Assembly (NCBI GenBank): GCA_964655115.1
Contig: CAZZKM010000002.1
Span: 14,333-78,332 of the forward strand
Direction of reading: 5' to 3'
Source of the DNA: an uncultured Bifidobacterium sp.
GTDB lineage: Bacteria; Actinomycetota; Actinomycetes; S36-B12; UBA5976
Length of the DNA stretch: 64,000 bases
This document shows positions 20,528 to 29,596 of this stretch, piece after piece. The position numbers and the translations under genes were made by a program. The notes beneath the pieces are model-generated. The model ran no database searches. It was given only the letters and a program-made list of their open reading frames with translations, and had not been told where the DNA came from. Within the stretch, counting starts at the first letter, position 1. Each line of letters begins with the position of its first letter.

Positions 20528-21529
20528 CTATTCGTGTTCGGCTGTGATTGGTTGTTCAAGTAATGCAGTCATAACTTCATGAGCATCATCACCATCTCTG
20601 ATAACTCTTAATACTTGAGCAGCAATTGGCATATCCAAGTTAAATTTCGCAGCAATAGCTAAAAGTGGCGCCAAACTTTTTGATCCTTCCACAGTTCCAT
20701 GCGCTTTTTCTTGCGCTTCTTCAATCGTTGCTCCATGACCGAGTGCTTCACCAAAAGTTCTATTTCTAGATAACGGAGATTGACTGGTTGCAATTAAATC
20801 TCCAATTCCTGCTAAACCTAAAAATGTTTCAGTTTTTGCCCCTAATGCAACACCAAGTCTTGTCATTTCCGCTAAACCTCTGGTGATTAAAGCCGATTGA
20901 GTATTTTCACCAAGTCCAAGTCCTACTGCTATTCCGTTTGCAATTGCAACAACATTTTTAATAGCTCCTGCTAATTCAGTTCCAATAACATCTGTTGTCC
21001 AAAAAACTCTGAAATAATTTGTTGCAAGTGCATTTGCGATATCTGCTGCCACATCTTCATCAGCGCAAGCAACCGTTGATGCTGTGGGTTGTCTATGAAT
21101 TATTTCGCCAGCTAAATTTGGACCACTAAGTGCTGCAACTCTATTTTCAGAACAACCAAAAACATCCATCATCACTTCTGTAATTCTCATCTTTGTTGAA
21201 TTTTCAATACCTTTTATTAAAGAAACAAAAACGGCAGTTGGCGAAACATATTTTTTCCAACTTTCTAAGTTTTGTCTTAAAGATTGAGCAGGCAAGGCAA
21301 AGAAAACTAATTCTTTATCTTTCAATACTTCTTCTGCACTTGAACTTGCTTTGATGCGAGAAGACAGTTTTACATTTGGATGAAACTTAGAATTATGCCT
21401 ATTGTCATTTATATCTTGAACAACTTTTTCATCTCTAGCCCATAAATAAACTTCATTCCCAGCATCAGCTAAAACTTGAGCACAAGCAGTCGCCCAAGCT
21501 CCTCCACCCATAACTGCAACTTGTCTCAT
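20528..21529 (-). CDS. gpsA: NAD(P)H-dependent glycerol-3-phosphate dehydrogenase
   Basis: Rossmann motif VMGGGAWATA, then the NVVAIANGIA region. ATG 21529 gives an ATGA overlap with the plsC stop; the track start at 21547 is the alternative. Confidence 0.93.
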   Translation of the reverse strand: MRQVAVMGGGAWATACAQVLADAGNEVYLWARDEKVVQDINDNRHNSKFHPNVKLSSRIKASSSAEEVLKDKELVFFALPAQSLRQNLESWKKYVSPTAVFVSLIKGIENSTKMRITEVMMDVFGCSENRVAALSGPNLAGEIIHRQPTASTVACADEDVAADIANALATNYFRVFWTTDVIGTELAGAIKNVVAIANGIAVGLGLGENTQSALITRGLAEMTRLGVALGAKTETFLGLAGIGDLIATSQSPLSRNRTFGEALGHGATIEEAQEKAHGTVEGSKSLAPLLAIAAKFNLDMPIAAQVLRVIRDGDDAHEVMTALLEQPITAEHE

Positions 21530-22248
21530 GGTCTTTCCTTTGTCCATGGCATTCTTTGTGCAGGTGGAGTTTCATTTCTTAAGTCAGCTAATTCTTTAGT
21601 AATTGCATCCATAATTCTTGAAGTGGCTTTTTTTAGTAATTCACCAGTTATTTCTTGATCATATAAATCAGACAATTCAACTGGAGGTCCTGCTTTTACC
21701 ATCATAGTTTTTCTAGGTAATAATTTTAATTTTTTTGAATATGGAGCTAAAACTAGTTGAGCTCCCCAATGTGCAACTGGAATTACTGGAAGTTTTGTGG
21801 CAAGTGCAATTCGTGCCGCTCCAGTTTTTCCTTCCATAGGCCATAAATTTGGATCTCTGGTTAAAGTTCCTTCAGGACTTAGTACTACTGCTTCACCTTT
21901 TTCTACTGCTTTGATTGCACCTCTAACAGCAATTTTTGCATGTCTTGATTCTCTATAAACAGGAATTTGTCCTGCTAACCAAACAAGTTGTCCAATAACT
22001 GGAATCCTAAATATTCCAGATTTTGCTAAAAATTTTGGAGGTCTGTTGTTGTCCCACATAAATTGTGCAACCACAAATGGATCAAACCAAGAATTATGAT
22101 TCATGGCAACAATAATTCCTGAATCTTGAGCTAAATTTTCAACACCGCGATAATCGCGTTTAGTAAATAGAACTAAAAGTGGGCGAAGCACTCCAGCAAT
22201 GAAACGATAAACAAAACCCAGTTTTGACTTACGAGTAACAAAAGCCAT
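21526..22248 (-). CDS. plsC: 1-acyl-sn-glycerol-3-phosphate acyltransferase
   Basis: HX4D acyltransferase motif (NHNSWFDP) and a PEGT motif. Confidence 0.87.
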   Translation of the reverse strand: MAFVTRKSKLGFVYRFIAGVLRPLLVLFTKRDYRGVENLAQDSGIIVAMNHNSWFDPFVVAQFMWDNNRPPKFLAKSGIFRIPVIGQLVWLAGQIPVYRESRHAKIAVRGAIKAVEKGEAVVLSPEGTLTRDPNLWPMEGKTGAARIALATKLPVIPVAHWGAQLVLAPYSKKLKLLPRKTMMVKAGPPVELSDLYDQEITGELLKKATSRIMDAITKELADLRNETPPAQRMPWTKERP

Positions 22249-22268
22249 AAAGAGTATCCAATCAGCAT

Positions 22269-22301
22269 GATGCCCGATAGCAGAATCTGCTACCGGGCAT
22301 C
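22269..22301 (-). terminator. GC-rich hairpin downstream of hupB (no U-tract)
   Basis: 33-nt near-perfect palindrome gatgcccgatagcagaatctgctaccgggcatc, with 15 of 16 arm positions complementary. It starts 21 nt after the hupB stop and is followed by CAUGCUGAUUGG rather than a U run. Confidence 0.4.
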
Positions 22302-22321
22302 AACTCGCAAATGCTTATGTT

Positions 22322-22669
22322 TTAGCGCTTTTTCTTTCCTGCTGCTTTTACTTTCTTAGCAGTAGCTTTCTTTGCTTTTTTAGCAGCTCTTTTGCCACCC
22401 AAAACAATGTTTTTGAAATCTGCTGCTGGTCTAAATTTTGCAACTGTTTTTGCAGGAACTTTAACTGGAGCACCAGTCATTGGGTTTCTGGCAATACGTG
22501 CTGCACGAGTTTTCTTTTCCCAAATTCCAAATCCTGCGATTGAAACTTTTTCACCTGATGCAACTGCATTGGTGATGGTATCGAAAAAGATGTCGACAAA
22601 ATCAAGAGCTTGACGACGGTTTGCTTCAAAGTGTTGTTGCACTAAGTCTGCTAAATCTGGTTTCTTCAA
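22322..22669 (-). CDS. hupB: HU-family nucleoid protein with short Lys/Ala-rich C-terminal tail
   Basis: HU core ...GFGIWEKKTRAARIARNPMTGAPVKV...FRPAADFK plus tail KRAAKKAKKATAKKVKAAGKKKR. Alignment to HU N-termini (MNKAELI..) favours the TTG at 22669 ((M)KKPDLADLV), with AGAAAGG 8 nt upstream. The track's 28-aa extension looks spurious. Confidence 0.85.
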   Translation of the reverse strand: MKKPDLADLVQQHFEANRRQALDFVDIFFDTITNAVASGEKVSIAGFGIWEKKTRAARIARNPMTGAPVKVPAKTVAKFRPAADFKNIVLGGKRAAKKAKKATAKKVKAAGKKKR

Positions 22670-22782
22670 CTGGGGAACCTTTCTAAAGTTCTCTTTTGCC
22701 TTTAAAAAAGGCGTGTAATAAAAGTTTTTTATTACGAAGTTAAAATTACGCAATGAAATAAGGGTTTTTCTTCCGACACGCC

Positions 22783-22805
22783 AAAAAATCCTTATAAAAT
22801 AAGGA
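22783..22805 (-). terminator. Rho-independent terminator after leuCD
   Basis: Minus strand UCCUUAU-UUU-AUAAGGA (7-bp stem) followed by UUUUUUGG, about 60 nt after the leuD stop. Confidence 0.6.
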
Positions 22806-22865
22806 AAATTTTTTTAAAACCTTAAAAATAAAGGAATTTTGTGTAACTGGTGTGACTTAAGTTAA

Positions 22866-23453
22866 CTACTGAGTAACAGGTTTAAAACTTGGTCTGGTTT
22901 TTTCAAATTCTGTAATTTTTGATTCATGTCTAAGAGTTAAACCAATATCGTCTAGGCCTTCCATAAGTCTCCAACGAACATAGTCATCAATTTGAAAATC
23001 TGCTTCGATATCTTTTGCTATAACTTTTCTTTTATCTAAATCAACAGTTATGGAAGTTTTAGGATCACTTTCAACTAAAGCCCATAATTTTTCAATAACG
23101 TCTTGAGAAACAAGTGCGGTAACTAATCCTGCTTTTCCGGAATTTCCTCGAAAAATATCGGCAAATCTTGATGATAAAACTACTTTAAATCCATAATCCA
23201 TCAACGCCCATACAGCGTGTTCTCTTGAGGAACCAGTTCCAAATTCAGGACCTGCAATAAGAATTGTTGCTTCTTTATATTCTGGTTTGTTTAAAACAAA
23301 ATTTGGATCTTCACGCCAAGCTTTAAATAAGGCATCTTCAAATCCATGACGGGTAATTCTTTTTAAATATTCAGCAGGAATGATTTGGTCGGTATCAACA
23401 TTGCTTCTTCTAAGTGGGGCTGCAAAACCTGAGTGTGAAATAAATTTATCCAT
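22866..23453 (-). CDS. leuD: 3-isopropylmalate dehydratase small subunit
   Basis: 195 aa. Motifs DTDQIIPA and [13 protein letters not shown]. Abuts leuC. Confidence 0.95.
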   Translation of the reverse strand: MDKFISHSGFAAPLRRSNVDTDQIIPAEYLKRITRHGFEDALFKAWREDPNFVLNKPEYKEATILIAGPEFGTGSSREHAVWALMDYGFKVVLSSRFADIFRGNSGKAGLVTALVSQDVIEKLWALVESDPKTSITVDLDKRKVIAKDIEADFQIDDYVRWRLMEGLDDIGLTLRHESKITEFEKTRPSFKPVTQ

Positions 23454-24851
23454 TTAAATGTCATCCGGAGTTGTGATTGAACCTTTAATTGCAGTGGCTG
23501 CTGCAACTAATGGTGAAACTAAATGGGTGCGCCCACCTGGACCTTGTCTTCCTTCAAAGTTTCTATTTGAAGTTGAAGCTGCTCTTTCACCTGGTTTTAA
23601 TTTGTCAGGATTCATACCCAGACACATTGAACAACCAGCACTTCGCCAATCAGCACCTGCATCTTTAAATATTTGAGGCAATCCTTCTTGTTCTGCTTGT
23701 ATTGCAACTTTGGCACTTCCAGGAACTACCATCATTTTGACACTTGAAGCTACTTTTTTTCCTTTCAAAATTGCAGCTGCTGCTCTTAAATCTTCAATGC
23801 GACCATTTGTACATGAACCTAAGAAAACGGTGTCTACTTTTATATCTCTAATTTTTGTGCCCGCTTTTAAATCCATATATTCCAAAGCTCTTTGTGCTGC
23901 AGCTTTTTCTGTTGGATCATTAAATTGTTCAGGACTTGGCACTACATCATCAATTGATACACCTTGTCCAGGATTAGTTCCCCAGGTAACAAATGGTGTC
24001 AAAGTGGATGCATCAATAATTACTTCTGCGTCAAATTTTGCATCGTCATCAGTTTTTAAAGTTTTCCAATATGAAACAGCTTTTTCCCAATCTGCACCTT
24101 TTGGTGCATGGGGACGATCTTTCATGTAAGCAAAAGTAGTTTCATCTGGTGCAATCATTCCTGCTCTTGCACCTGCTTCAATACTCATATTGCAAATCGT
24201 CATTCTTCCTTCCATGGATAAAGAACGAATTGCTTCACCGCGATATTCCAAAACATAACCTTGGCCACCACCAGTGCTTATTTTTGCAATTACTGCCAAA
24301 ATTATGTCTTTTGCAGTTGAACCTTTTGGCAATTGTCCATTAACAGTTATGGCCATTGTTTTAAATGGTTTTAAAGGCAAAGTTTGTGTGGCAAGAACAT
24401 GTTCAACTTCACTTGTACCAATTCCAAAAGCAAGTGCACCAAATGCACCATGAGTTGAAGTGTGGGAATCTCCACACACAATTGTCATTCCAGGTTGAGT
24501 TAATCCAATTTGTGGACCAACAACGTGCACAATTCCTTGTTCAACATTTCCTAGCGAAAAAATTCTTAATCCAAATTCTTTAGCATTATTTCTTAATGCA
24601 TCAACTTGTGCTCTAGAAACTAAATCTGCAATTGGTTTATCAATATCAATAGTTGGAACGTTGTGATCTTCTGTAAGAAGTGTTAAATCTGGACGTCTTA
24701 CTTTTCTGCCTGATGCTCTTAAACCATCAAATGCTTGAGGCGAAGTTACTTCATGAACTAAATGTAAATCTATAAATAATAAATCAGGTTCACCACTTGC
24801 TTGGTGCACAATATGTGCATCCCAAACTTTTTCTGCAAGTGTCTTTCCCAA
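23454..24851 (-). CDS. leuC: 3-isopropylmalate dehydratase large subunit
   Basis: 465-aa aconitase-family protein: [39 protein letters not shown] start with AAAGGAG upstream. Confidence 0.96.
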   Translation of the reverse strand: MGKTLAEKVWDAHIVHQASGEPDLLFIDLHLVHEVTSPQAFDGLRASGRKVRRPDLTLLTEDHNVPTIDIDKPIADLVSRAQVDALRNNAKEFGLRIFSLGNVEQGIVHVVGPQIGLTQPGMTIVCGDSHTSTHGAFGALAFGIGTSEVEHVLATQTLPLKPFKTMAITVNGQLPKGSTAKDIILAVIAKISTGGGQGYVLEYRGEAIRSLSMEGRMTICNMSIEAGARAGMIAPDETTFAYMKDRPHAPKGADWEKAVSYWKTLKTDDDAKFDAEVIIDASTLTPFVTWGTNPGQGVSIDDVVPSPEQFNDPTEKAAAQRALEYMDLKAGTKIRDIKVDTVFLGSCTNGRIEDLRAAAAILKGKKVASSVKMMVVPGSAKVAIQAEQEGLPQIFKDAGADWRSAGCSMCLGMNPDKLKPGERAASTSNRNFEGRQGPGGRTHLVSPLVAAATAIKGSITTPDDI

Positions 24852-24896
24852 TTTATTTACTCCTTTAATTAGTAAATGAAATCTTTTTTGGCCCTT

Positions 24897-24971
24897 TGGT
24901 AGCCCCGACGGGATTTGAACCCGCGTTACCGCCTTGAGAGGGCAGCGTGCTAGGCCGCTGCACTACGGGGC
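24897..24971 (-). tRNA. tRNA-Glu (anticodon CTC), CCA encoded
   Basis: Reverse complement GCCCCGTAGTGCAGCGGCCTAGCACGCTGCCCTCTCAAGGCGGTAACGCGGGTTCAAATCCCGTCGGGGCTACCA. 7-bp acceptor stem, anticodon loop CU-CUC-AA, T-arm GGGTTCAAATCCC. Confidence 0.9.
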
Positions 24972-25027
24972 CAAAGATTTTCATTGCCTTAAAAAAATCT
25001 TAACAGCGAAAAGAAATATGGAAAATT

Positions 25028-26248
25028 TTAGTTACGAATTCTCACACGATCTGGTGTAAGTTCTTCTAACTTTGTGATTCCTAAGAGTCTCATCGACATT
25101 TCAATTTCTGACTTAAGCAATTGGACAACTCTTTCTACGCCCAATTCTCCCCCAGCCATAAGTCCATAAAGATAAGCTCTTCCAACTAAAACTGCATTTG
25201 CACCCAATCCAATTGCGGCCAAAATATCTGTGCCAGACATAACTCCACCATCAATTAAAACAGTCATATCTTTTCCAACTGCTTTTCTAACTTCAGGAAG
25301 TAGCTCTAATGGCACAGGTGCTTTATCCATTTGTCTTCCGCCATGTGTGGAAAGAATAATTCCATCAACTCCTGCATTTTTTAACATCACTGCATCTTCA
25401 ACTGATTGCACACCTTTAATTAATAATTTTCCATTCCAAATAGTTTTTAGCCATTTAATGTCTTCTAAAGTAATTGAGGGATCAAAAATTTTGGATAATA
25501 AATCAGCAACAGTTCCACCACTATCGTTCATATCAAGTGAAGCAAAAACTAAAGGTTCAGTGGTTAATAAGTTTCCCCACCATTTTGGATATTTAGCCAT
25601 ATCGAGCAAGGTTTTTAAAGTAAGTTTTGGAGGAATGGTTAAACCATTTTTAACATCTCGATATCTAACTCCACCAACTACTGTGTCAACTGTTAATACA
25701 ATTGCTTCGAAACCTGAATTCATTACCCGTGCAACTAACTTTTCATTAGGTTCTCTTTCACGTCTTACATATAACTGATACCAACGTCTAACATCTGGCA
25801 CTTCTTTAGCTAAATCTTCAGGAGATGTTGTTCCTAAAGTTGATAAACCGTACAAAATTCCATATTTTTTAGCAACTCTTGCAACTGCAGGTTCACCTTC
25901 ATAACCCATCATTCTGGTGAAACCAGTTGCAGCAAAAGCAAAAGGAAGTGAATTTTTTTGACCTAAAATGTCAACGGAAGTATCAACGTTTGTGACATCC
26001 CTTAAAACTCGGGGAGAAAATTCAACTTTAGAAAATACTTCTCTTGCTCTATTTAGACTTGCTTCTGAACCAGAAGCACCATCGGTGTAATCAAATACTG
26101 ATCTAGGAGTTCTTTTAGAAGCTTGCTCTCTTAAATCCCATAAATTTGTAGCTTTTGAAAGTCTTACTTGTTTTCTATTTAAGTTTGGCCATCGAAATCC
26201 TATTAAAGAAATTACCTCTTTAGGTCTAGGAAATCTGCGCTTAACCAT
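25028..26248 (-). CDS. lldD: FMN-dependent alpha-hydroxy-acid dehydrogenase (L-lactate dehydrogenase LldD-like)
   Basis: 406-aa TIM-barrel FMN oxidoreductase with STHGGRQMD and DGGVMSGTDILAAIGLGA motifs. The substrate is inferred only from the family. Confidence 0.82.
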   Translation of the reverse strand: MVKRRFPRPKEVISLIGFRWPNLNRKQVRLSKATNLWDLREQASKRTPRSVFDYTDGASGSEASLNRAREVFSKVEFSPRVLRDVTNVDTSVDILGQKNSLPFAFAATGFTRMMGYEGEPAVARVAKKYGILYGLSTLGTTSPEDLAKEVPDVRRWYQLYVRREREPNEKLVARVMNSGFEAIVLTVDTVVGGVRYRDVKNGLTIPPKLTLKTLLDMAKYPKWWGNLLTTEPLVFASLDMNDSGGTVADLLSKIFDPSITLEDIKWLKTIWNGKLLIKGVQSVEDAVMLKNAGVDGIILSTHGGRQMDKAPVPLELLPEVRKAVGKDMTVLIDGGVMSGTDILAAIGLGANAVLVGRAYLYGLMAGGELGVERVVQLLKSEIEMSMRLLGITKLEELTPDRVRIRN

Positions 26249-26286
26249 TTAGTTCCTCTTTAATTGTTAATCAAAAATTACTACAT

Positions 26287-26300
26287 ACTTGTATACAAGT
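26287..26300. promoter_or_regulatory. Perfect 14-bp palindrome ACTTGTATACAAGT upstream of lldD (candidate GntR-type operator)
   Basis: Read directly. It ends 39 nt upstream of the lldD ATG, between the tRNA-Gln 3' end and lldD. The GT..AC core resembles GntR/HutC/FadR-type operators. Confidence 0.35.
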
Positions 26301-26322
26301 AAGAGGTGGCGTTTACTTTTTG

Positions 26323-26394
26323 CTGGGGTACTAGGACTCGAACCTAGACAAGCGGATCCAGAAACCGCTGGGCTGCCAATTACCCCATACCCCA
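26323..26394 (-). tRNA. tRNA-Gln (anticodon CTG), no encoded CCA
   Basis: Reverse complement TGGGGTATGGGGTAATTGGCAGCCCAGCGGTTTCTGGATCCGCTTGTCTAGGTTCGAGTCCTAGTACCCCAG. Anticodon loop UU-CUG-GA. Starts 12 nt after the gltX stop. Confidence 0.9.
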
Positions 26395-26406
26395 CTGGCA
26401 TTTAAA

Positions 26407-27885
26407 TTATTTTTTAATCTGCTGTCGAATTCTTGAAAGAACTTTTTCTTTACCTAAAAGCTCCATTGATTCAAATAACGGTGGGGATACTTTTCTGCCA
26501 GTTACAGCAACTCGAATTGCAGTAAATGCAACTCGTGGTTTTAGGCCCATTTGTTGCACAATTACTTTGTTAAATTCATCATGTAATTTTTCAGTTTTAA
26601 ATTCATCAATTGCTTCGATTATTTTTATGGCTTCTTCTAAAACTGGTAAGTTTTCATGAGTTAGTGAACTTTGTGCATCTTCATGATTTACTTTAAAGTC
26701 TTTTTCTTCTACTAGTAAAAAGCTAAGCATGCCTTGGGCTTGGGATAGTTTTTCTAATCTTTCCTGTACTAGTGGCGTGGCTTTTAAAATCATGTCAATT
26801 TGAGAATTTGTTGGAGAATCCATAAAGAATTTTTCTGAAATTAGTTGATTGGTAATTCTTTGAGCCAATTCTTCTGTGCTTAATTTTCTAATCCAGTCCG
26901 CATTAATTGCAGTGCACTTCTTAATATCAAATCTTGCAGGATTTGCACTAACTCTTTTTATATCAAAATTGTCTGCCATTTCTTGCATCGAGAAAAATTC
27001 AATGTCATCACCAAATGACCAACCAAGAAGAGCTAAATAGTTGAGTAATCCTTCGGGTAAAAATCCTTCTTTTCGATACATTAAAAGACTTGATTCAGGA
27101 TCTCTTTTTGAAAGTTTTTTATTGCCTTCACCCATTACATAAGGTAAATGTCCAAAAACTGGAGTAATTCCTGTGCCAACTCCAATTTGTTTAAAAGCTT
27201 CATAAAGAGCAATTTGTCTTGGAGTTGAAGATAACAAATCTTCTCCTCTTAAGACATGCGTTATTTGCATCAAAGCATCATCTGAAGGATTTACCAAAGT
27301 GTAAAGCGGATCACCATTTGCTCTTACTAAAACATAATCTGGAATATGTTCTGGATCAAAACTTAATTCGCCTCTAACTAAGTCATTCCAGATAATAGTT
27401 TTATCCGGCATTCTAAATCTTAAAACTGGAGATCTGCCTTTATTTTCAAAATTAATAACTTGTTCACCAGTTAAATTTCTACAATGCCCGTCATAGCCTG
27501 GAGTTTGACCTTTTTCTTTTTGGGCTTTTCTTCTTTCTTCAACTTCTTCTTGGGAACAATAACAATGATAAGCAAATTTATTTTCTAATAATTTTTTAGC
27601 AATATCTGCATAAATTTCTAATCTTTCACTTTGTCGATACGGTCCAAAAGCACCACCAATCACTGGTCCTTCATCCCAATTAAGTCCAAGCCAATTCAAA
27701 GAATCTATAAGTGCGTTATAGGACTCTTCACTATCTCTTGCAGCATCGGTGTCTTCAATTCGAAAAACAAAAGTTCCTTTGTTGTGTCTTGCAAATGCCC
27801 AATTAAATAAAGCAGTTCGAATCATTCCCACATGTGGATCTCCAGTTGGAGAAGGACAAAATCTAACGCGAATGTTATTTGACAT
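26407..27885 (-). CDS. gltX: Glutamate--tRNA ligase
   Basis: Class I synthetase with a HIGH-type motif (PSPTGDPHVG) and a KMSKS-type motif (KLSKR). The ATG lies 11 nt inside the cimA 3' end. Confidence 0.95.
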   Translation of the reverse strand: MSNNIRVRFCPSPTGDPHVGMIRTALFNWAFARHNKGTFVFRIEDTDAARDSEESYNALIDSLNWLGLNWDEGPVIGGAFGPYRQSERLEIYADIAKKLLENKFAYHCYCSQEEVEERRKAQKEKGQTPGYDGHCRNLTGEQVINFENKGRSPVLRFRMPDKTIIWNDLVRGELSFDPEHIPDYVLVRANGDPLYTLVNPSDDALMQITHVLRGEDLLSSTPRQIALYEAFKQIGVGTGITPVFGHLPYVMGEGNKKLSKRDPESSLLMYRKEGFLPEGLLNYLALLGWSFGDDIEFFSMQEMADNFDIKRVSANPARFDIKKCTAINADWIRKLSTEELAQRITNQLISEKFFMDSPTNSQIDMILKATPLVQERLEKLSQAQGMLSFLLVEEKDFKVNHEDAQSSLTHENLPVLEEAIKIIEAIDEFKTEKLHDEFNKVIVQQMGLKPRVAFTAIRVAVTGRKVSPPLFESMELLGKEKVLSRIRQQIKK

Positions 27886-29473
27886 GAGACTTTAATAATC
27901 CATAAGTGACTGCATCAGAAATTGCATTCCATGAAGCAGCAATAACATTTTCATGCACGCCAACTGTGTCCCATTGATTATTTCCATCACTGGTTTCAAT
28001 GAGCACTCTGGTTACTGCCCCTGTTCCTTTAACTCCTTCAAGGATACGAACTTTATAATCGATTAATTCTAAATTTCCAATTTCTGGATAGATTTTTTCC
28101 AAAGCCGCTCTTAATGCTTTATCTAAAGCGTTAACTGGACCATTACCTTCGGAAGTTTGTAAAATTCTTTGCCCATTTGCCACAACTTTTACAGTTGCAT
28201 CAGTAGCTACTTTTCCATCTTGAGCTTGTTCAACTGTTACTTTCCAAGATTCAACGGTGAAGTATTTGGAGGTGTTTTCTCCTAATTCATCTCTTAAAAG
28301 TAATTCAAATGATGCATCTGCTGCTTCAAATGTGTAGCCACGTGATTCCATGTCTTTAACTTTTTCGACCACGTTGGTTAAAACTTCCTTGTTACCAGAT
28401 AAATCAATTCCTATTTCTTTTCCTTTTAATTCAATAGAAGCTCTGCCTGCCATATCAGAAACTAAAGTTCTCATGTCATTTCCAACTAAATTTGGATCAA
28501 TATGTTGATAAAGCATTGGATCAATTTTCACAGCACTTGCATGTAGTCCTGCTTTATGAGCAAATGCTGAAAAACCAACATATGGTTGATGTTGATTAGG
28601 ATTGATATTTGTAATTTCACTTACCGCGTGAGCAATTCTAGTCATTTCTTTAATAGCATCACTAGGAACAACAACTTTTCCTTTTTTTAATTGCAAATTT
28701 GCAACGACACTAAATAAATTTGCATTTCCACTTCTTTCTCCATAACCATTTGCAGTTCCTTGAACATGTGTTGCTCCAGCATCAACTGCTGACAAAGTAT
28801 TTGCCACAGCACAATTGGTGTCATCGTGGCAATGAATTCCAATACGAGCATTTGTTGCATTTAAAACATCATGTACGACTTGACCTAATTGATCAGGTAG
28901 CATTCCACCGTTTGTGTCACACAAAGCGACAAGTTCTGCACCTGCTTGCATTGCAGTTTTAACAACTTCCAATGCGTAATTTTTGTTGCTATGGTATCCA
29001 TCAAAAAAATGTTCTGCGTCAAGAAAAACAGTTCTACCTTCTGAAACTAAATATGAAATGGTGTCTTGAATCATATTTAAGTTTTCATCCAATGTTGTTT
29101 TCAAAGCAAGTTCAACGTGTCGATCAAAAGATTTTGCAACTAAGGTAATGACTTTGGCATTTGAATCAAGTAATGCTCTTACTAATTGATCATCTTGAGC
29201 TTTGACATTAGGTCTTCTCGTGCTACCAAAAGCTGCTAACGTGGCATTTTTTAGTTTTAATTCAGTTTGAGCTTTAGCAAAAAATTCTGTGTCTTTAGGA
29301 TTTGCTCCAGGCCAACCACCTTCAATAAAACCGACACCTAAAGAATCTAAATGTTTTGCAATATTTAGTTTGTCTTGCACAGAAAGATTTAATCCCTCTT
29401 GTTGAGCACCATCTCTTAAAGTTGTGTCATAAATATGAAATGCAGCAGGATTAAGTGAATTATCTTTACTCAT
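27875..29473 (-). CDS. cimA: Citramalate synthase (LeuA-related, CimA clade)
   Basis: From ATG 29473: MSKDNSLNPAAFHIYDTTLRDGAQQEGLNLSVQDKLNIAKHLDSLGVGFIEGGWPGANPKD. 532 aa with a C-terminal LeuA-dimer-like domain. AAAGGA lies 7 nt upstream. The track's extra 29 aa run across a terminator hairpin. Confidence 0.85.
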   Translation of the reverse strand: MSKDNSLNPAAFHIYDTTLRDGAQQEGLNLSVQDKLNIAKHLDSLGVGFIEGGWPGANPKDTEFFAKAQTELKLKNATLAAFGSTRRPNVKAQDDQLVRALLDSNAKVITLVAKSFDRHVELALKTTLDENLNMIQDTISYLVSEGRTVFLDAEHFFDGYHSNKNYALEVVKTAMQAGAELVALCDTNGGMLPDQLGQVVHDVLNATNARIGIHCHDDTNCAVANTLSAVDAGATHVQGTANGYGERSGNANLFSVVANLQLKKGKVVVPSDAIKEMTRIAHAVSEITNINPNQHQPYVGFSAFAHKAGLHASAVKIDPMLYQHIDPNLVGNDMRTLVSDMAGRASIELKGKEIGIDLSGNKEVLTNVVEKVKDMESRGYTFEAADASFELLLRDELGENTSKYFTVESWKVTVEQAQDGKVATDATVKVVANGQRILQTSEGNGPVNALDKALRAALEKIYPEIGNLELIDYKVRILEGVKGTGAVTRVLIETSDGNNQWDTVGVHENVIAASWNAISDAVTYGLLKSHVK

Positions 29474-29495
29474 AAATAAATCCTTTCTGCCAAAC

Positions 29496-29525
29496 AAAAA
29501 ACCCCTCGCAGTTTTGCGCGAAGGG
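29496..29525 (-). terminator. Rho-independent terminator/attenuator 22 nt upstream of the cimA start
   Basis: Minus strand CCCUUCGC-GCAAAACU-GCGAGGGG (8-bp stem including one G-U) followed by UUUUUUGUUU. Confidence 0.65.
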
Positions 29526-29569
29526 CTGGCACACATTCGTGGGGCATCTGGCCCGCACAACTTGTGCGC

Positions 29570-29596
29570 TTATCTAATAATGATCTGGTATGTCAT
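29570..29596 (-). promoter_or_regulatory. Candidate Ile-rich leader peptide ORF MTYQIIIR*
   Basis: ATG ACA TAC CAG ATC ATT ATT AGA TAA, read codon by codon. The stop abuts the palindrome cgcacaacttgtgcgc (29554-29569). The SD is weak or distant (GAGG 14 nt upstream). Confidence 0.5.

Noticed and set aside
24897-26394. The tRNA-flanked lldD segment as a mobile or integrative element.
   Set aside because: There is no integrase, no transposase, and no duplicated tRNA 3' fragment or direct repeats that I could find. Composition looks like the flanks by eye. I kept it only as a synteny curiosity.
29474-29560. 29-aa N-terminal extension of cimA in the ORF track (MCGPDAPRMCASPSRKTARGFLFGRKDLF).
   Set aside because: It runs straight through a GC-rich terminator hairpin and U-tract. 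It has no similarity to the CimA/LeuA N-terminus, which starts cleanly at MSKDNSLNPAAFHIYDTTLRDGAQ with an AAAGGA SD.
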